From Smithellaceae bacterium (lineage in GTDB: Bacteria > Desulfobacterota > Syntrophia > Syntrophales > Smithellaceae), in the NCBI GenBank assembly GCA_963667845.2, contig CAXXVL010000002.1, positions 128,001 to 192,000 on the forward strand: a stretch of 64,000 bases of DNA, given 5' to 3'. Below the pieces are notes generated by a model, which was not told where the DNA came from, made no database searches, and saw only the letters and a program-made list of their open reading frames with translations. The translations under genes were made by a program, and so were the position numbers. Positions 27,107 through 36,697 of the stretch are shown here, in pieces (within the stretch, counting starts at the first letter, position 1; each line of letters opens with the position of its first letter).

Positions 27107-29191
27107 ATGGCAGAGATCGTGACGTTTTCGAAGGAAGGCAATGTCGGTTTGATTACGGTCAACAATCCGCCGGTCAATGCTCTGGCACAGGCCGTACGGG
27201 CCGGGATCAAGTCGGGCATTGAAAAAGGCATTGCGGATAAAGATATTGCGGCAATGATCATTATTTGCGAGGGGCGGACTTTTATCGCGGGGGCGGACAT
27301 CCGGGAATTCGGCAAGCCGCCGATGGAACCCCATTTACCGGATGTTTGCCAGTTCATCGAAAACTCCCCCAAGCCGGTGATTGCGGCAATCCATGGCACG
27401 GCATTGGGCGGAGGGCTGGAGATTCCCCTTAGCTGCCATTTCCGCATTGCTGTTCCTACCGCGAAAGTGGGCCTGCCTGAAGTGAAGCTGGGATTGCTGC
27501 CGGGCGCCGGCGGGACGCAGCGACTGCCGCGCATCGCCGGTGTGCAGACGGCGCTGGAGATGATCACCTCCGGAACCCCGATTCCCGCAGCTAAGGCTAA
27601 AGCGATGGGGATTCTGGATGAAATCGTGGAAGGCGACCTGAAGGCGGCGGCTCTGGCTTTTGCCAGGAAAGTGGTTGATGAGAAACGCCCCTTGAGGAAA
27701 GTAAGTTCTCTTACGGCCAAAGTGGATTCCCCCACCGTCTTTGATGATTTCGCCAAGGCCAATGCCCGGAAGTTCCGGGGTTTTATCGCTCCCTACAAAT
27801 GCATCGAAGCCGTGAAGGCGGCAACCGAACTGCCTTTTGCCGAAGGCATGAAGAAAGAACGCGCGATCTTTACGGAACTGCAGGCCTCCGACCAGTCGAA
27901 GGCCCAGCGGCATGTTTTCTTTGCCGAAAGAGAAGTCGTCAGGATTCCGGGGCTGCCCGATAACCAGCCGACCAGGGAGATTAAATCCGCCGGTATTCTC
28001 GGTGCGGGCACCATGGGCGGGGGCATTGCCATGTGCTTTGCCAATGCCGGCATTCCCGTTGTTCTTCTGGACGTCAAGCAGGAGTTTATCGACAAGGGCA
28101 TGGCCGTTATTAAGAAGAACTACGCCAACACCGTGGCCAAAGGCTCCTTGAAGCAGGAAGTCATGGACAAACGCCTGTCCTTGATCAAACCCACCCTGGC
28201 TTATGAAGATTTAAAGAATGTCGATCTGGTCATTGAAGCCGTGTTTGAAGACATGGCCATTAAGAAGGAAGTCTTTACGAAACTCGATGCGGTCTGCAAA
28301 CCGGGTGCGATCCTGGCCTCCAATACCTCTTATCTGAACATTGACGAAATCGCCGCCATGACCAAAAGACCCCAGGATGTCATGGGCATGCATTTCTTCA
28401 GTCCGGCGAACGTCATGAGATTGCTGGAAAACGTCAAAGGCGCGAAGACAAATCCGGAAGTTTACGCCACGGCCATGAAGGTGGGCAAGACCATCGGCAA
28501 AGTCCCGGTGCTGGTCGGTGTCTGCGACGGCTTTGTCGGGAACCGGATGCTCGCCAAGCGGACAAGAGAATGCGGTTTCATGCTGGAAGAAGGCGCCCTT
28601 CCCTGGCAGATCGACAAGGTCATCTACAACTTCGGCTTCCCGATGGGTCCCTATCAGATGGGCGACATGGCGGGTCTCGATGTCGGCTGGCGGAACCGCA
28701 AGGCGAAGTTCGCCTCCCTCACCAAACGTGAACAGAAAAACACGATTCTCGACAAGATCTGCGAGATGGGCCGTTTCGGTCAGAAAACCGGCTCGGGTTT
28801 CTACAAGTATGACGAGAAGCGCAATGCCACCCCCGACCCCATGATTGAAGAGCTGATCGTCAATCACTCGAAGGAAGTCGGCATTCAGCGCCGAATCATC
28901 ACGGATCAGGAGATCGTTGAACGCGCGATTTACTCGATGATCAACGAAGGCGCGAAGATCCTGGAAGAAGGCATCGCCGCGCGGCCGCTCGACATTGACG
29001 TGGTCTGGCTCTATGGCTATGGCTTCCCGGTCTACCTGGGCGGCCCGATGTTCTATGCCGACACGGTCGGCGTCAAGAAAGTTTACGATGCGATTCTCAA
29101 ATACAAGGATCTGGTCGGCGCCGAATACTGGACGCCGGCACCGCTTCTGGAAAAACTCGCCAAGGCGGGTAAAGGGTTCTATTCGAAATAA
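27107..29191 (+). CDS. Multifunctional enoyl-CoA hydratase / 3-hydroxyacyl-CoA dehydrogenase (FadB/PimF-like)
   Basis: FIAGADI, ALGGGLE, GLPEVKLGLLPGAGGTQRLPR; GAGTMGGG, ASNTS, GMHFFSPA, GFVGNR. Confidence 0.95.
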   Translation: MAEIVTFSKEGNVGLITVNNPPVNALAQAVRAGIKSGIEKGIADKDIAAMIIICEGRTFIAGADIREFGKPPMEPHLPDVCQFIENSPKPVIAAIHGTALGGGLEIPLSCHFRIAVPTAKVGLPEVKLGLLPGAGGTQRLPRIAGVQTALEMITSGTPIPAAKAKAMGILDEIVEGDLKAAALAFARKVVDEKRPLRKVSSLTAKVDSPTVFDDFAKANARKFRGFIAPYKCIEAVKAATELPFAEGMKKERAIFTELQASDQSKAQRHVFFAEREVVRIPGLPDNQPTREIKSAGILGAGTMGGGIAMCFANAGIPVVLLDVKQEFIDKGMAVIKKNYANTVAKGSLKQEVMDKRLSLIKPTLAYEDLKNVDLVIEAVFEDMAIKKEVFTKLDAVCKPGAILASNTSYLNIDEIAAMTKRPQDVMGMHFFSPANVMRLLENVKGAKTNPEVYATAMKVGKTIGKVPVLVGVCDGFVGNRMLAKRTRECGFMLEEGALPWQIDKVIYNFGFPMGPYQMGDMAGLDVGWRNRKAKFASLTKREQKNTILDKICEMGRFGQKTGSGFYKYDEKRNATPDPMIEELIVNHSKEVGIQRRIITDQEIVERAIYSMINEGAKILEEGIAARPLDIDVVWLYGYGFPVYLGGPMFYADTVGVKKVYDAILKYKDLVGAEYWTPAPLLEKLAKAGKGFYSK

Positions 29192-29200
29192 TGATTAGGC

Positions 29201-29240
29201 AAAAATCGGCGGATGGGTGAAACTGTCCGCCGGTTTTTTT
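29201..29240 (+). terminator. Rho-independent terminator-like hairpin
   Basis: CGGCGGATGG-GTGAAA-CTGTCCGCCG followed by a T7 run. Confidence 0.7.
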
Positions 29241-29372
29241 CTAAAACCTTTGACCTTGATCCTTGAACCTTTTATTCATCCGATCGCGGGCATCTTCAAC
29301 CTGTTTCGGTTCAGACGGATAAATCCATGAGGGTCAAAATACTAAAAAGAAAGAGGAGAGGAAGGGAAACGT

Positions 29373-29963
29373 ATGACAAACACTGTTTACGAAATCAAAG
29401 AATCGGCCATTGCCGATCCGGGACCGCTGGGTCTGGCGTGCTTCGCGCTCACAACGTTTTGCCTCAGTATGATTAATGCGGGATTTGTCGACAAGGCTGC
29501 GGTGATTGTGGTGATTGCCCTCGCTCTCGTCTATGGCGGCGTGACGCAGATCCTTGCTGCAATGTGGGAATACAAAAAGAATAATGTTTTCGGCGCCACG
29601 GCCTTTGCGTCCTACGGCGCTTTCTGGATATCGCTGGGCGTCTTTGACCTTCTGGCGAGCCTCCATCTGGTGGTGGTGCCCGCCCAGGGCGTCTGGCTGT
29701 TTCTTCTGGCCTGGACTATTTTCACCTTTTATATGTGGATCGGCAGTTTCGGCACGAATAAGGCGCTGGCCGTCACATTTACATTGCTGCTCATCGCCTT
29801 TATCCTGCTCACCATCGGCGCAGCGGGCAGTGAAACGGCGCATAAACTGGGCGGCTATGTCGGCATCCTGACGGCATTCGCAGCCTGGTATACGTCGGCG
29901 GCCGGTATCTGCAACACGGTTTTCGGACGGGTTGTCCTGCCGGTCGGTCCCTTTAAAAAATGA
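29373..29963 (+). CDS. satP: Acetate/short-chain carboxylate channel (SatP/YaaH, GPR1/FUN34 family)
   Basis: ADPGPLGLACFALTT, NVFGATAFASYGAFW; six TM segments. Confidence 0.9.
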   Translation: MTNTVYEIKESAIADPGPLGLACFALTTFCLSMINAGFVDKAAVIVVIALALVYGGVTQILAAMWEYKKNNVFGATAFASYGAFWISLGVFDLLASLHLVVVPAQGVWLFLLAWTIFTFYMWIGSFGTNKALAVTFTLLLIAFILLTIGAAGSETAHKLGGYVGILTAFAAWYTSAAGICNTVFGRVVLPVGPFKK

Positions 29964-30082
29964 TCAGCGACCGACCGTGAAGAAAGTGAATCTTTGTCTC
30001 GGCGGGATGCTGACTCGGGGGGAGTGAGCTTCAATCATTAATAAAAAATACATCCATCTTGGGGAGGTTATAAATAAGAAAT

Positions 30083-31969
30083 ATGAAGTATGCAGATGTC
30101 TATGAGCAGTCCATCAATCAGCCTGACGTTTTCTGGGGTAAGGCGGCCGAAGCGCTTCAGTGGACGAAGAAGTGGGATAAAGTTCTTGACGACAGCAACA
30201 AGCCCTTTTATCGCTGGTTTACCGGCGGCGAACTCAATACGTGCTATAATGCCCTGGATTATCAGGTGGAATCGGGCAGGAAAGATCAGACAGCTGTTAT
30301 CTATGACAGCCCCGTCACCGCTACCGTCCAAAAGATCACCTACGGAGAACTCCTCGACAGGGTGTCCAGATTTGCCGGCGTGCTGTCTGGTTTAGGTGTT
30401 ACGAAGGGTGATACCGTTATTATCTATATGCCGATGATTCCGGAAGCGATGGTCGCCATGCTGGCCTGCGCGCGCATCGGGGCCGTGCACTCCGTCGTCT
30501 TCGGCGGATTTGCCCCCAATGAACTGGCGATCCGCATTGACGATGCGAAACCCAAGGTCATGGTTTCAGCATCCTGTGGCATCGAAGGGAAGAAGACGCT
30601 GGCCTATAAGCCGCTTCTGGACGAGGCCATCAAAATCGCCGCGCACAAACCGCAAAATTGCATTATTTATCAGCGTCCGCAAGTGCAGGCCGAACTTCAG
30701 GCCCGCGATCTGGACTGGGAGGAATTGTTCAAATCGGCGAAGGCTGTTCCCTGTGTCTCCGTTGGCGCAACCGACCCGCTCTATATACTTTATACGTCGG
30801 GAACAACCGGCAAGCCCAAAGGCGTCATGCGGGACAACGGCGGCCATGCCGTGGCCCTGAAATGGTCGATGAAGTACATCTATGATATCAAACCCGGCGA
30901 AGTGTTCTGGGCGGCATCGGATGTCGGCTGGGTCGTCGGCCACTCCTACATTGTTTATGCCCCGCTGCTTTACGGCTGCACAACGATTCTTTATGAAGGC
31001 AAACCCGTGGGAACGCCCGATCCGGGCGCCTTCTGGCGGGTGATCTCCCAGCACGGCGTATCCGTTCTCTTTACCGCCCCCACGGCGTTTCGCGCCATTA
31101 AGAAGGAAGACCCCAACGGCGACTACCTGAAGAAGTATGATATCCGCAGCCTGCGTTATTTGTTCCTGGCCGGCGAGCGCCTGGATCCCGATACCTATTA
31201 CTGGGCGAGCGACATGCTGAAGATTCCTGTCGTCGACCACTGGTGGCAGACCGAAACCGGCTGGCCGATTGCCGCAAACTGCATGGGCATCGAGCCCTTC
31301 CCGATCAAAGCCGGATCACCCACGAAACCGGTGCCGGGCTATAATGTTCAGATCCAGGACTTCGACGGCAAAACGCTGCCCAACGGCGAGGAAGGCGCGG
31401 TGGTCATCAAGCTGCCTCTGCCCCCCGGCTGCCTGCCGACGCTGTGGAAGGATGACAAACGCTACCTGGAATATGTCACCGAAAGACCCGGCTATTATGT
31501 GACCGGCGACGGCGGTCGTTTTGACACCGATGGTTATCTCTATATCATGGGGCGCATCGACGACGTGATCAACGTGGCCGGCCACAGGCTTTCCACGGGA
31601 GCTATGGAGGAGATCGTCTCCAAGCACAAGGACGTTGCGGAATGCGCCGTGCTGGGTGCGGACGACCAGCTCAAGGGCCAGGTGCCGGTGGGCTTTGTTG
31701 TTTTGAAGGCCGGCGTTACCCGCAAGCCCGAAGAGATCATCGCGGAGCTGGTCAAGATGGTGCGCAGTGACCTGGGTGCACTGGCCTGCTTCAAGGAAGC
31801 GGCCGTCGTGAAGGCGCTGCCCAAGACGCGGTCGGGGAAGATCCTGCGCAGCACGATGCGCAAAATCGTGGACGGCAAGGATTATGTTGTCCCTTCGACC
31901 ATCGATGATCCGGCGGTTCTGCCGGCCATTGCTGAATCGGCGAAGACGATCGGGTACGGGAAGAAATAA
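30083..31969 (+). CDS. prpE: Propionyl-CoA synthetase-like AMP-forming acyl-CoA ligase
   Basis: YILYTSGTTGKPKGV, SDVGWVVGHSY, DHWWQTETG, LPKTRSGKILR. Confidence 0.85.
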   Translation: MKYADVYEQSINQPDVFWGKAAEALQWTKKWDKVLDDSNKPFYRWFTGGELNTCYNALDYQVESGRKDQTAVIYDSPVTATVQKITYGELLDRVSRFAGVLSGLGVTKGDTVIIYMPMIPEAMVAMLACARIGAVHSVVFGGFAPNELAIRIDDAKPKVMVSASCGIEGKKTLAYKPLLDEAIKIAAHKPQNCIIYQRPQVQAELQARDLDWEELFKSAKAVPCVSVGATDPLYILYTSGTTGKPKGVMRDNGGHAVALKWSMKYIYDIKPGEVFWAASDVGWVVGHSYIVYAPLLYGCTTILYEGKPVGTPDPGAFWRVISQHGVSVLFTAPTAFRAIKKEDPNGDYLKKYDIRSLRYLFLAGERLDPDTYYWASDMLKIPVVDHWWQTETGWPIAANCMGIEPFPIKAGSPTKPVPGYNVQIQDFDGKTLPNGEEGAVVIKLPLPPGCLPTLWKDDKRYLEYVTERPGYYVTGDGGRFDTDGYLYIMGRIDDVINVAGHRLSTGAMEEIVSKHKDVAECAVLGADDQLKGQVPVGFVVLKAGVTRKPEEIIAELVKMVRSDLGALACFKEAAVVKALPKTRSGKILRSTMRKIVDGKDYVVPSTIDDPAVLPAIAESAKTIGYGKK

Positions 31970-31971
31970 AT

Positions 31972-32095
31972 ATACCGCTCCGCTTTCTTCGGCTAACTTT
32001 GTTGGCATCGTCGTCGGCGTCCTCAACGTATGGAAATATACGTTTCCGGCGCCTCCGCCTTGCCGCCGCGTTATCCTTTGAAATCGAACCGGTAT
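31972..32095. repeat. Diverged family A-like palindromic intergenic repeat
   Basis: ATACCG...CGGTAT outer arms, ACGTA-N8-TACGT core and a GCCTTGCC segment as in family A. Confidence 0.55.
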
Positions 32096-32115
32096 TAAAC
32101 TCTAAGGAGACGAAC

Positions 32116-33951
32116 ATGGAATTCAAATACGACATCAGGGATTTGAAGTTTATATTGAAGGAGTGGCTACCGACCGGGGAGGTACTGGAATGCGAGCGGT
32201 TCTCGGGCAACTTTACGCTCGACGACGTGGACATGCTGCTCAACGAAGGCTATAAAGTATCGAAGGAGATCGTGAACCCGATTAACGCGCCGGGGGACAA
32301 GATCGGCGTCAAGTTCGAGAAGGGTGTCGTGACCCCTGTACCGGGCTTTCGGGAAGCCTACCAGTTTTTGCAGCAAAACGGCTGGGGCTCTTCAAGTGAA
32401 TGCATTAAAGTGGAAACCGGCATGCCGCTGATTTTGTATAAGGCCAATGCCGAGATCAACACGGCCGCCTGCCCCGCTCTCACCTCCTGCGTGAAGCTGA
32501 CCTCGGGCGCGGCTAATTTGATTCTACGGTTTGGAACCCAGGAAAACCAGGACATGTTCATCCCGAAGATGCTCGACGGCTCCTGGCAGGGGACCATGTG
32601 TCTGACGGAACCGAACTTCGGCTCGGATACGGGCGATATCATTACCCGCTCTTATCCCACCGATGATCCCCGCATCTGGAAGATCAAGGGCACCAAGATG
32701 TTCATCACCGCCGGCGACCAGGGAACCGGGGACAATACGATTCATCTGGTTCTGGCCAGACCCGAAGGAGCAGCAGCGGGATCCCCCGGCATCGGCCTTT
32801 ATATTGTTCCCAAGTACTGGGTCAATGAAGACGGCTCGGTGGGAGATCTCAACGATGTCACCACTGTCGGGCTGGAACATAAGATGGGATTGCACGCCCA
32901 GGCGACCGCCATGCTCAACTTCGGCGACGACGACAACTGCCGGGGCTTTATGCTGGGACCGGCGCCGGATGCGAAGGGATTTTCCCAGGGACTGGCCATG
33001 ATGTTCCACATGATGAACGAATCGCGCATCGGCACGGGACATAATGCCAACACCCAGGGAGCGGCGGCTTACTACTTTGCTGCCCAATATGCCACCGAAC
33101 GCATCCAGGGAAGACCCTTCGGCGTTAAGGGAGCAGAAAGAGTCCCCATCATCAAACACGAAGACATCAGAAGAATGCTTCTGGACATGAAAGCGCATGT
33201 CGAAGGCATCCGGGCCATGATCTTTAAGGGATTTTACTACCTGGATATCGAGAACAACTCAAAAGACAAGGAAAAAGCCAAGAAGTACGCCTCCTTTGCC
33301 GAGATCCTCACGCCCCTGGTCAAATGCTACGGATCAGAAGCAAGCTTAGGCGTCATCGCCCAGGCGATCCAGGTTCTGGGGGGCGTGGGTTACACCCAGG
33401 AATACCCCGTGGAACAGTACCTCCGGGATTCCAAGATTCTGACCATCTGGGAGGGCACCTCCTTCATCCACGCCAACGACCTGATCGGCCGGAAGATGCG
33501 CATGAAAGAAGGGGCCGCTTTTGGAGCCTGGATGAAAGACATTAAAGATTTTATTGATGCGAACAAAAATACCCAGGGCTTTACCAAGGAAATGGATAAT
33601 CTGGCCAAAGCCTACGAGGCGGCAGAAGAAGTCAAAGCCACCTACGATTGCTGGTACCTCAACATGGCCACCAAGAGGCAGCTGATTCCTCTCTATGCCA
33701 TTAAAGCGCTGTTTGTTTTTGCTGAAGTTTACGTGGCGATGTGCCTCATCGACCAGGCACTGATTGCGGCAAAGAAAGTGGCCAACTTAAAACCGGGAGA
33801 CGGCGATTATATATACTACCAGGGCAAGATTGCCTCGGCACGCTATTACGCCAACAACATTCTGCCGAATGTCCCCATGCTGGCCAACCTGATCAAGAGC
33901 GAAGAGGACACGGTGCTGACCTGTCCGGAAGAGGCGTTGGTGGTAAGTTAG
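32116..33951 (+). CDS. Acyl-CoA dehydrogenase (long, C-terminally extended type)
   Basis: GTMCLTEP, GTKMFIT, EHKMG, MNESRIG, QVLGGVGY, IWEGT. ATG 32116 after AAGGAG. Confidence 0.95.
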   Translation: MEFKYDIRDLKFILKEWLPTGEVLECERFSGNFTLDDVDMLLNEGYKVSKEIVNPINAPGDKIGVKFEKGVVTPVPGFREAYQFLQQNGWGSSSECIKVETGMPLILYKANAEINTAACPALTSCVKLTSGAANLILRFGTQENQDMFIPKMLDGSWQGTMCLTEPNFGSDTGDIITRSYPTDDPRIWKIKGTKMFITAGDQGTGDNTIHLVLARPEGAAAGSPGIGLYIVPKYWVNEDGSVGDLNDVTTVGLEHKMGLHAQATAMLNFGDDDNCRGFMLGPAPDAKGFSQGLAMMFHMMNESRIGTGHNANTQGAAAYYFAAQYATERIQGRPFGVKGAERVPIIKHEDIRRMLLDMKAHVEGIRAMIFKGFYYLDIENNSKDKEKAKKYASFAEILTPLVKCYGSEASLGVIAQAIQVLGGVGYTQEYPVEQYLRDSKILTIWEGTSFIHANDLIGRKMRMKEGAAFGAWMKDIKDFIDANKNTQGFTKEMDNLAKAYEAAEEVKATYDCWYLNMATKRQLIPLYAIKALFVFAEVYVAMCLIDQALIAAKKVANLKPGDGDYIYYQGKIASARYYANNILPNVPMLANLIKSEEDTVLTCPEEALVVS

Positions 33952-33952
33952 A

Positions 33953-34078
33953 CCGGCACCGGAAAATGGCCAGATACTTCGTTGCCCTTCAGCCCGCGTC
34001 GCTGCGGCGTACACAAAAGGTACGCCTCGCGCCTCGGGCTTCGCGCGCCTCGTCTCTGGACTCATTTTGCGATGCCGG
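33953..34078. repeat. Long imperfect palindromic intergenic repeat, family A copy 3
   Basis: CCGGCA..AAAATG / CATTTT..TGCCGG arms; GCGGCGTA-N8-TACGCCTC core. Confidence 0.8.
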
Positions 34079-34186
34079 AAATTTCTGAGAATGGAGAACC
34101 AAGGGGGTCACTCTTTAGTGGTGGCTGCAACTCCCTGCATTCATGATAGTCATAAAAGGAAACATCATTTCAGGAGAATAAAAAAT

Positions 34187-35371
34187 ATGAGAGAAATTTA
34201 TTTAGTGGAAAGTGTCCGGACGGGCATCGCCAAGGCCGGGAAGAACTCATGGTTTGCCAACCTGCGGGCCGACGACATGTCGGCGCTGGTAATGAATGAA
34301 GCCATCCGCCGGGCGGGGATTGAAGACAAGAAAGAAAAGATCGACGACGTCATCTGGGGCGGAACGGCCCTGATGAAAGACATGGGCTCCAACATCGGCC
34401 GGCTGTCCGGGATCATGGCGGGCCTGCCCTTCAGCGTCCCGGGCTGCACCGTGGACCGCTTCTGTTCCTCGGGGCTGCAGACGATCGCTTTTGCCGTGGC
34501 CTCGATCAACATGGGCTGGGCGGATCTGATCCTGGCGGGAGGCGCTCAGCACATGACGCACATCCCCATGGGCACCATGTCCGATCCGAATCCGAGGCTG
34601 CAGGAATTTACCGACCCGAAAATGGTTTCCATGGGCTACACCGCGGAAATGGTTGCCCGCAAGTATGGCATCACCCGCCAGGAGCAGGACCAGATGGCGG
34701 TGGAAAGCCACGCCAAGGCGCATGAAGCCACACAGAAGGGCCTGTTCAAAGATGAAATATTACCCATTGAAGCCGACGTCCCGCAGGAAGACGGCTCGAC
34801 CAAAAAGATGGTTGTCGACCGCGACCAGGGCATCCGCCCGACAACCACTCTGGAATCTCTGGCCAAGCTCGAACCGGTCTTCATCAAGGACGAAAAAGGC
34901 ACGGTCACGGCCGGCAACGCAAGCCAGACCAACGACGCGGCTGCCTGCGTGATTGTCGCCAGCAAATCGATGTGCAAGAAGCTGGGATTAAAACCCAAGA
35001 TGAAGCTCGTTGAGTTTGCGGTAGTCGGGGTGGACCCCGCTTACATGGGCATCGGTCCGGCCCTGGCCATTCCCAAAGCGCTCAAGAAAGCCGGCTTAAA
35101 GAAAGAAGATATCGGCCTGTGGGAAGTAAACGAAGCCTTTGCCGCGCAGGCGGTTTACTGCACCAAGGAACTGGGCATCCGCGACCACAAGCTCCTCAAC
35201 CCCAAGGGAAGCGGCATATCGCTAGGTCATCCGCTGGGCTGCACCGGAGCGAGAATCGCCACGACGATCATGCATGAGATGCCGCTCTATGGCGTCAAGT
35301 ATGCCGTTGAGAGCATGTGCATCGGCCACGGCCAGGGTGCGGCGGCTATCTGGGAGTGGGTGGGAAAATAG
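34187..35371 (+). CDS. Acetyl-CoA C-acyltransferase (thiolase)
   Basis: DRFCSSGL, TAGNAS, EVNEAFA, LGHPLGCTG, SMCIGHGQG. Confidence 0.95.
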   Translation: MREIYLVESVRTGIAKAGKNSWFANLRADDMSALVMNEAIRRAGIEDKKEKIDDVIWGGTALMKDMGSNIGRLSGIMAGLPFSVPGCTVDRFCSSGLQTIAFAVASINMGWADLILAGGAQHMTHIPMGTMSDPNPRLQEFTDPKMVSMGYTAEMVARKYGITRQEQDQMAVESHAKAHEATQKGLFKDEILPIEADVPQEDGSTKKMVVDRDQGIRPTTTLESLAKLEPVFIKDEKGTVTAGNASQTNDAAACVIVASKSMCKKLGLKPKMKLVEFAVVGVDPAYMGIGPALAIPKALKKAGLKKEDIGLWEVNEAFAAQAVYCTKELGIRDHKLLNPKGSGISLGHPLGCTGARIATTIMHEMPLYGVKYAVESMCIGHGQGAAAIWEWVGK

Positions 35372-35898
35372 AAACAAGGCTATTTCCCGTAATGACCTAA
35401 CCACCTGATGACCTGAAGGTCACGCGAGGTGGCGCGAGGCTGCAGACTGTTAGGCTATTAAGTTTATTTTGTGGGGGCGGGATCTTGCCAAGCTACTTTG
35501 GTGGTTTCCCGCCCCTTTCAATAAGGAAGCTCCGTTTGCACAGCAACTTCTATTTAGCAATGTGCAAACAATTCAAGGCAATTCTAACTTTGCCGATTAT
35601 CGCTGCCACTGCAAATAAATGGCTGTGGATATTGTCAGAATGTTATTACTCTGGAAGCTGGCTGTTATGTACGAAGGCCGTTTCAATTTGACGGCAATGT
35701 GAAAAAATCTCATTTACACAGATTATTTTACAGTCTCTGGAATTACATTTCTGCTTTATTCAGTGATGCGGAAGAAACTAATCATCGGGATTTGTATTTA
35801 GTTCGTATAGCTTCCTGTAATCAATATTTAATTGCCGTATAAGGCGGCGTTTCCTGTATTCACCCCACAAAAAATAAGTTCTTATCAATAACGCCCCA

Positions 35899-36417
35899 TT
35901 ATTCATTGTCTCGCGCTGACCTATTTTTCAATACTAATCGCTTCAGAACATGTGGCGAAATGTATTTCCCAACAACCTCTTCCCACCCTTCAGGCCCAAC
36001 CAGTCCTCGGACTATGCTGGAACTAATTTCAATTATTTCCTTTGGTGGTAATAGAAACACTGTCATTATTTCAGAATTAAGTTGACGATTAACATAACTT
36101 AGAGATTTCTCATACTCGTAATCAGTAGTGCTCCTTATTCCTCTTAAAATGAATTTGGCACCTATGCTTTCGGCGTACTTAATAAGAAATTTATTTGGGT
36201 ATTTGTCAACAGTGACGTTCTCGTATCCTGCTATCGATTCTTGAAGCATTATAATTCTGTCTTCCAAAGAGAAATGGCACTTCTTGTCTGGATTTGTTCC
36301 AACAGCGATGACAAGTTTGTCAAAAAGGCTGGACCCCGTCTTAATCATCCATAGGTGACCAATAGTAACCGGATCAAATGTTCCAGCATATACCGCAATA
36401 CGATTCTGTTTCTTCAT
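35899..36417 (-). CDS. coaD: Phosphopantetheine adenylyltransferase
   Basis: YAGTFDPVTIGH, NPDKK, RGIR..DYEYE, ISSSIVR; markedly AT-rich. Confidence 0.9.
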   Translation of the reverse strand: MKKQNRIAVYAGTFDPVTIGHLWMIKTGSSLFDKLVIAVGTNPDKKCHFSLEDRIIMLQESIAGYENVTVDKYPNKFLIKYAESIGAKFILRGIRSTTDYEYEKSLSYVNRQLNSEIMTVFLLPPKEIIEISSSIVRGLVGPEGWEEVVGKYISPHVLKRLVLKNRSARDNE

Positions 36418-36697
36418 ACTTCTCTCCACAACAGCGATTCGAACAATTTTTAATAACACTACAACGACCTATGGTCAATAGTTGTGCAGGGAGAATTTAG
36501 GTGGCGATCCGTTTTTCTTCCATGCCGCTGACACGCAAGTGACTGATCGGACCTTTCGGGCACAGCAACACGACCACGAACAAATGCCAGCGGCGGGGCA
36601 AGGAACGGCTCTGCATGGCAGCCGATGGTTACGTGGAGAGCGCTGGTATAAAGGCCGAAGTAAAAGTGAAACGGGTGGCGGAAAAAACCTACGTGAA

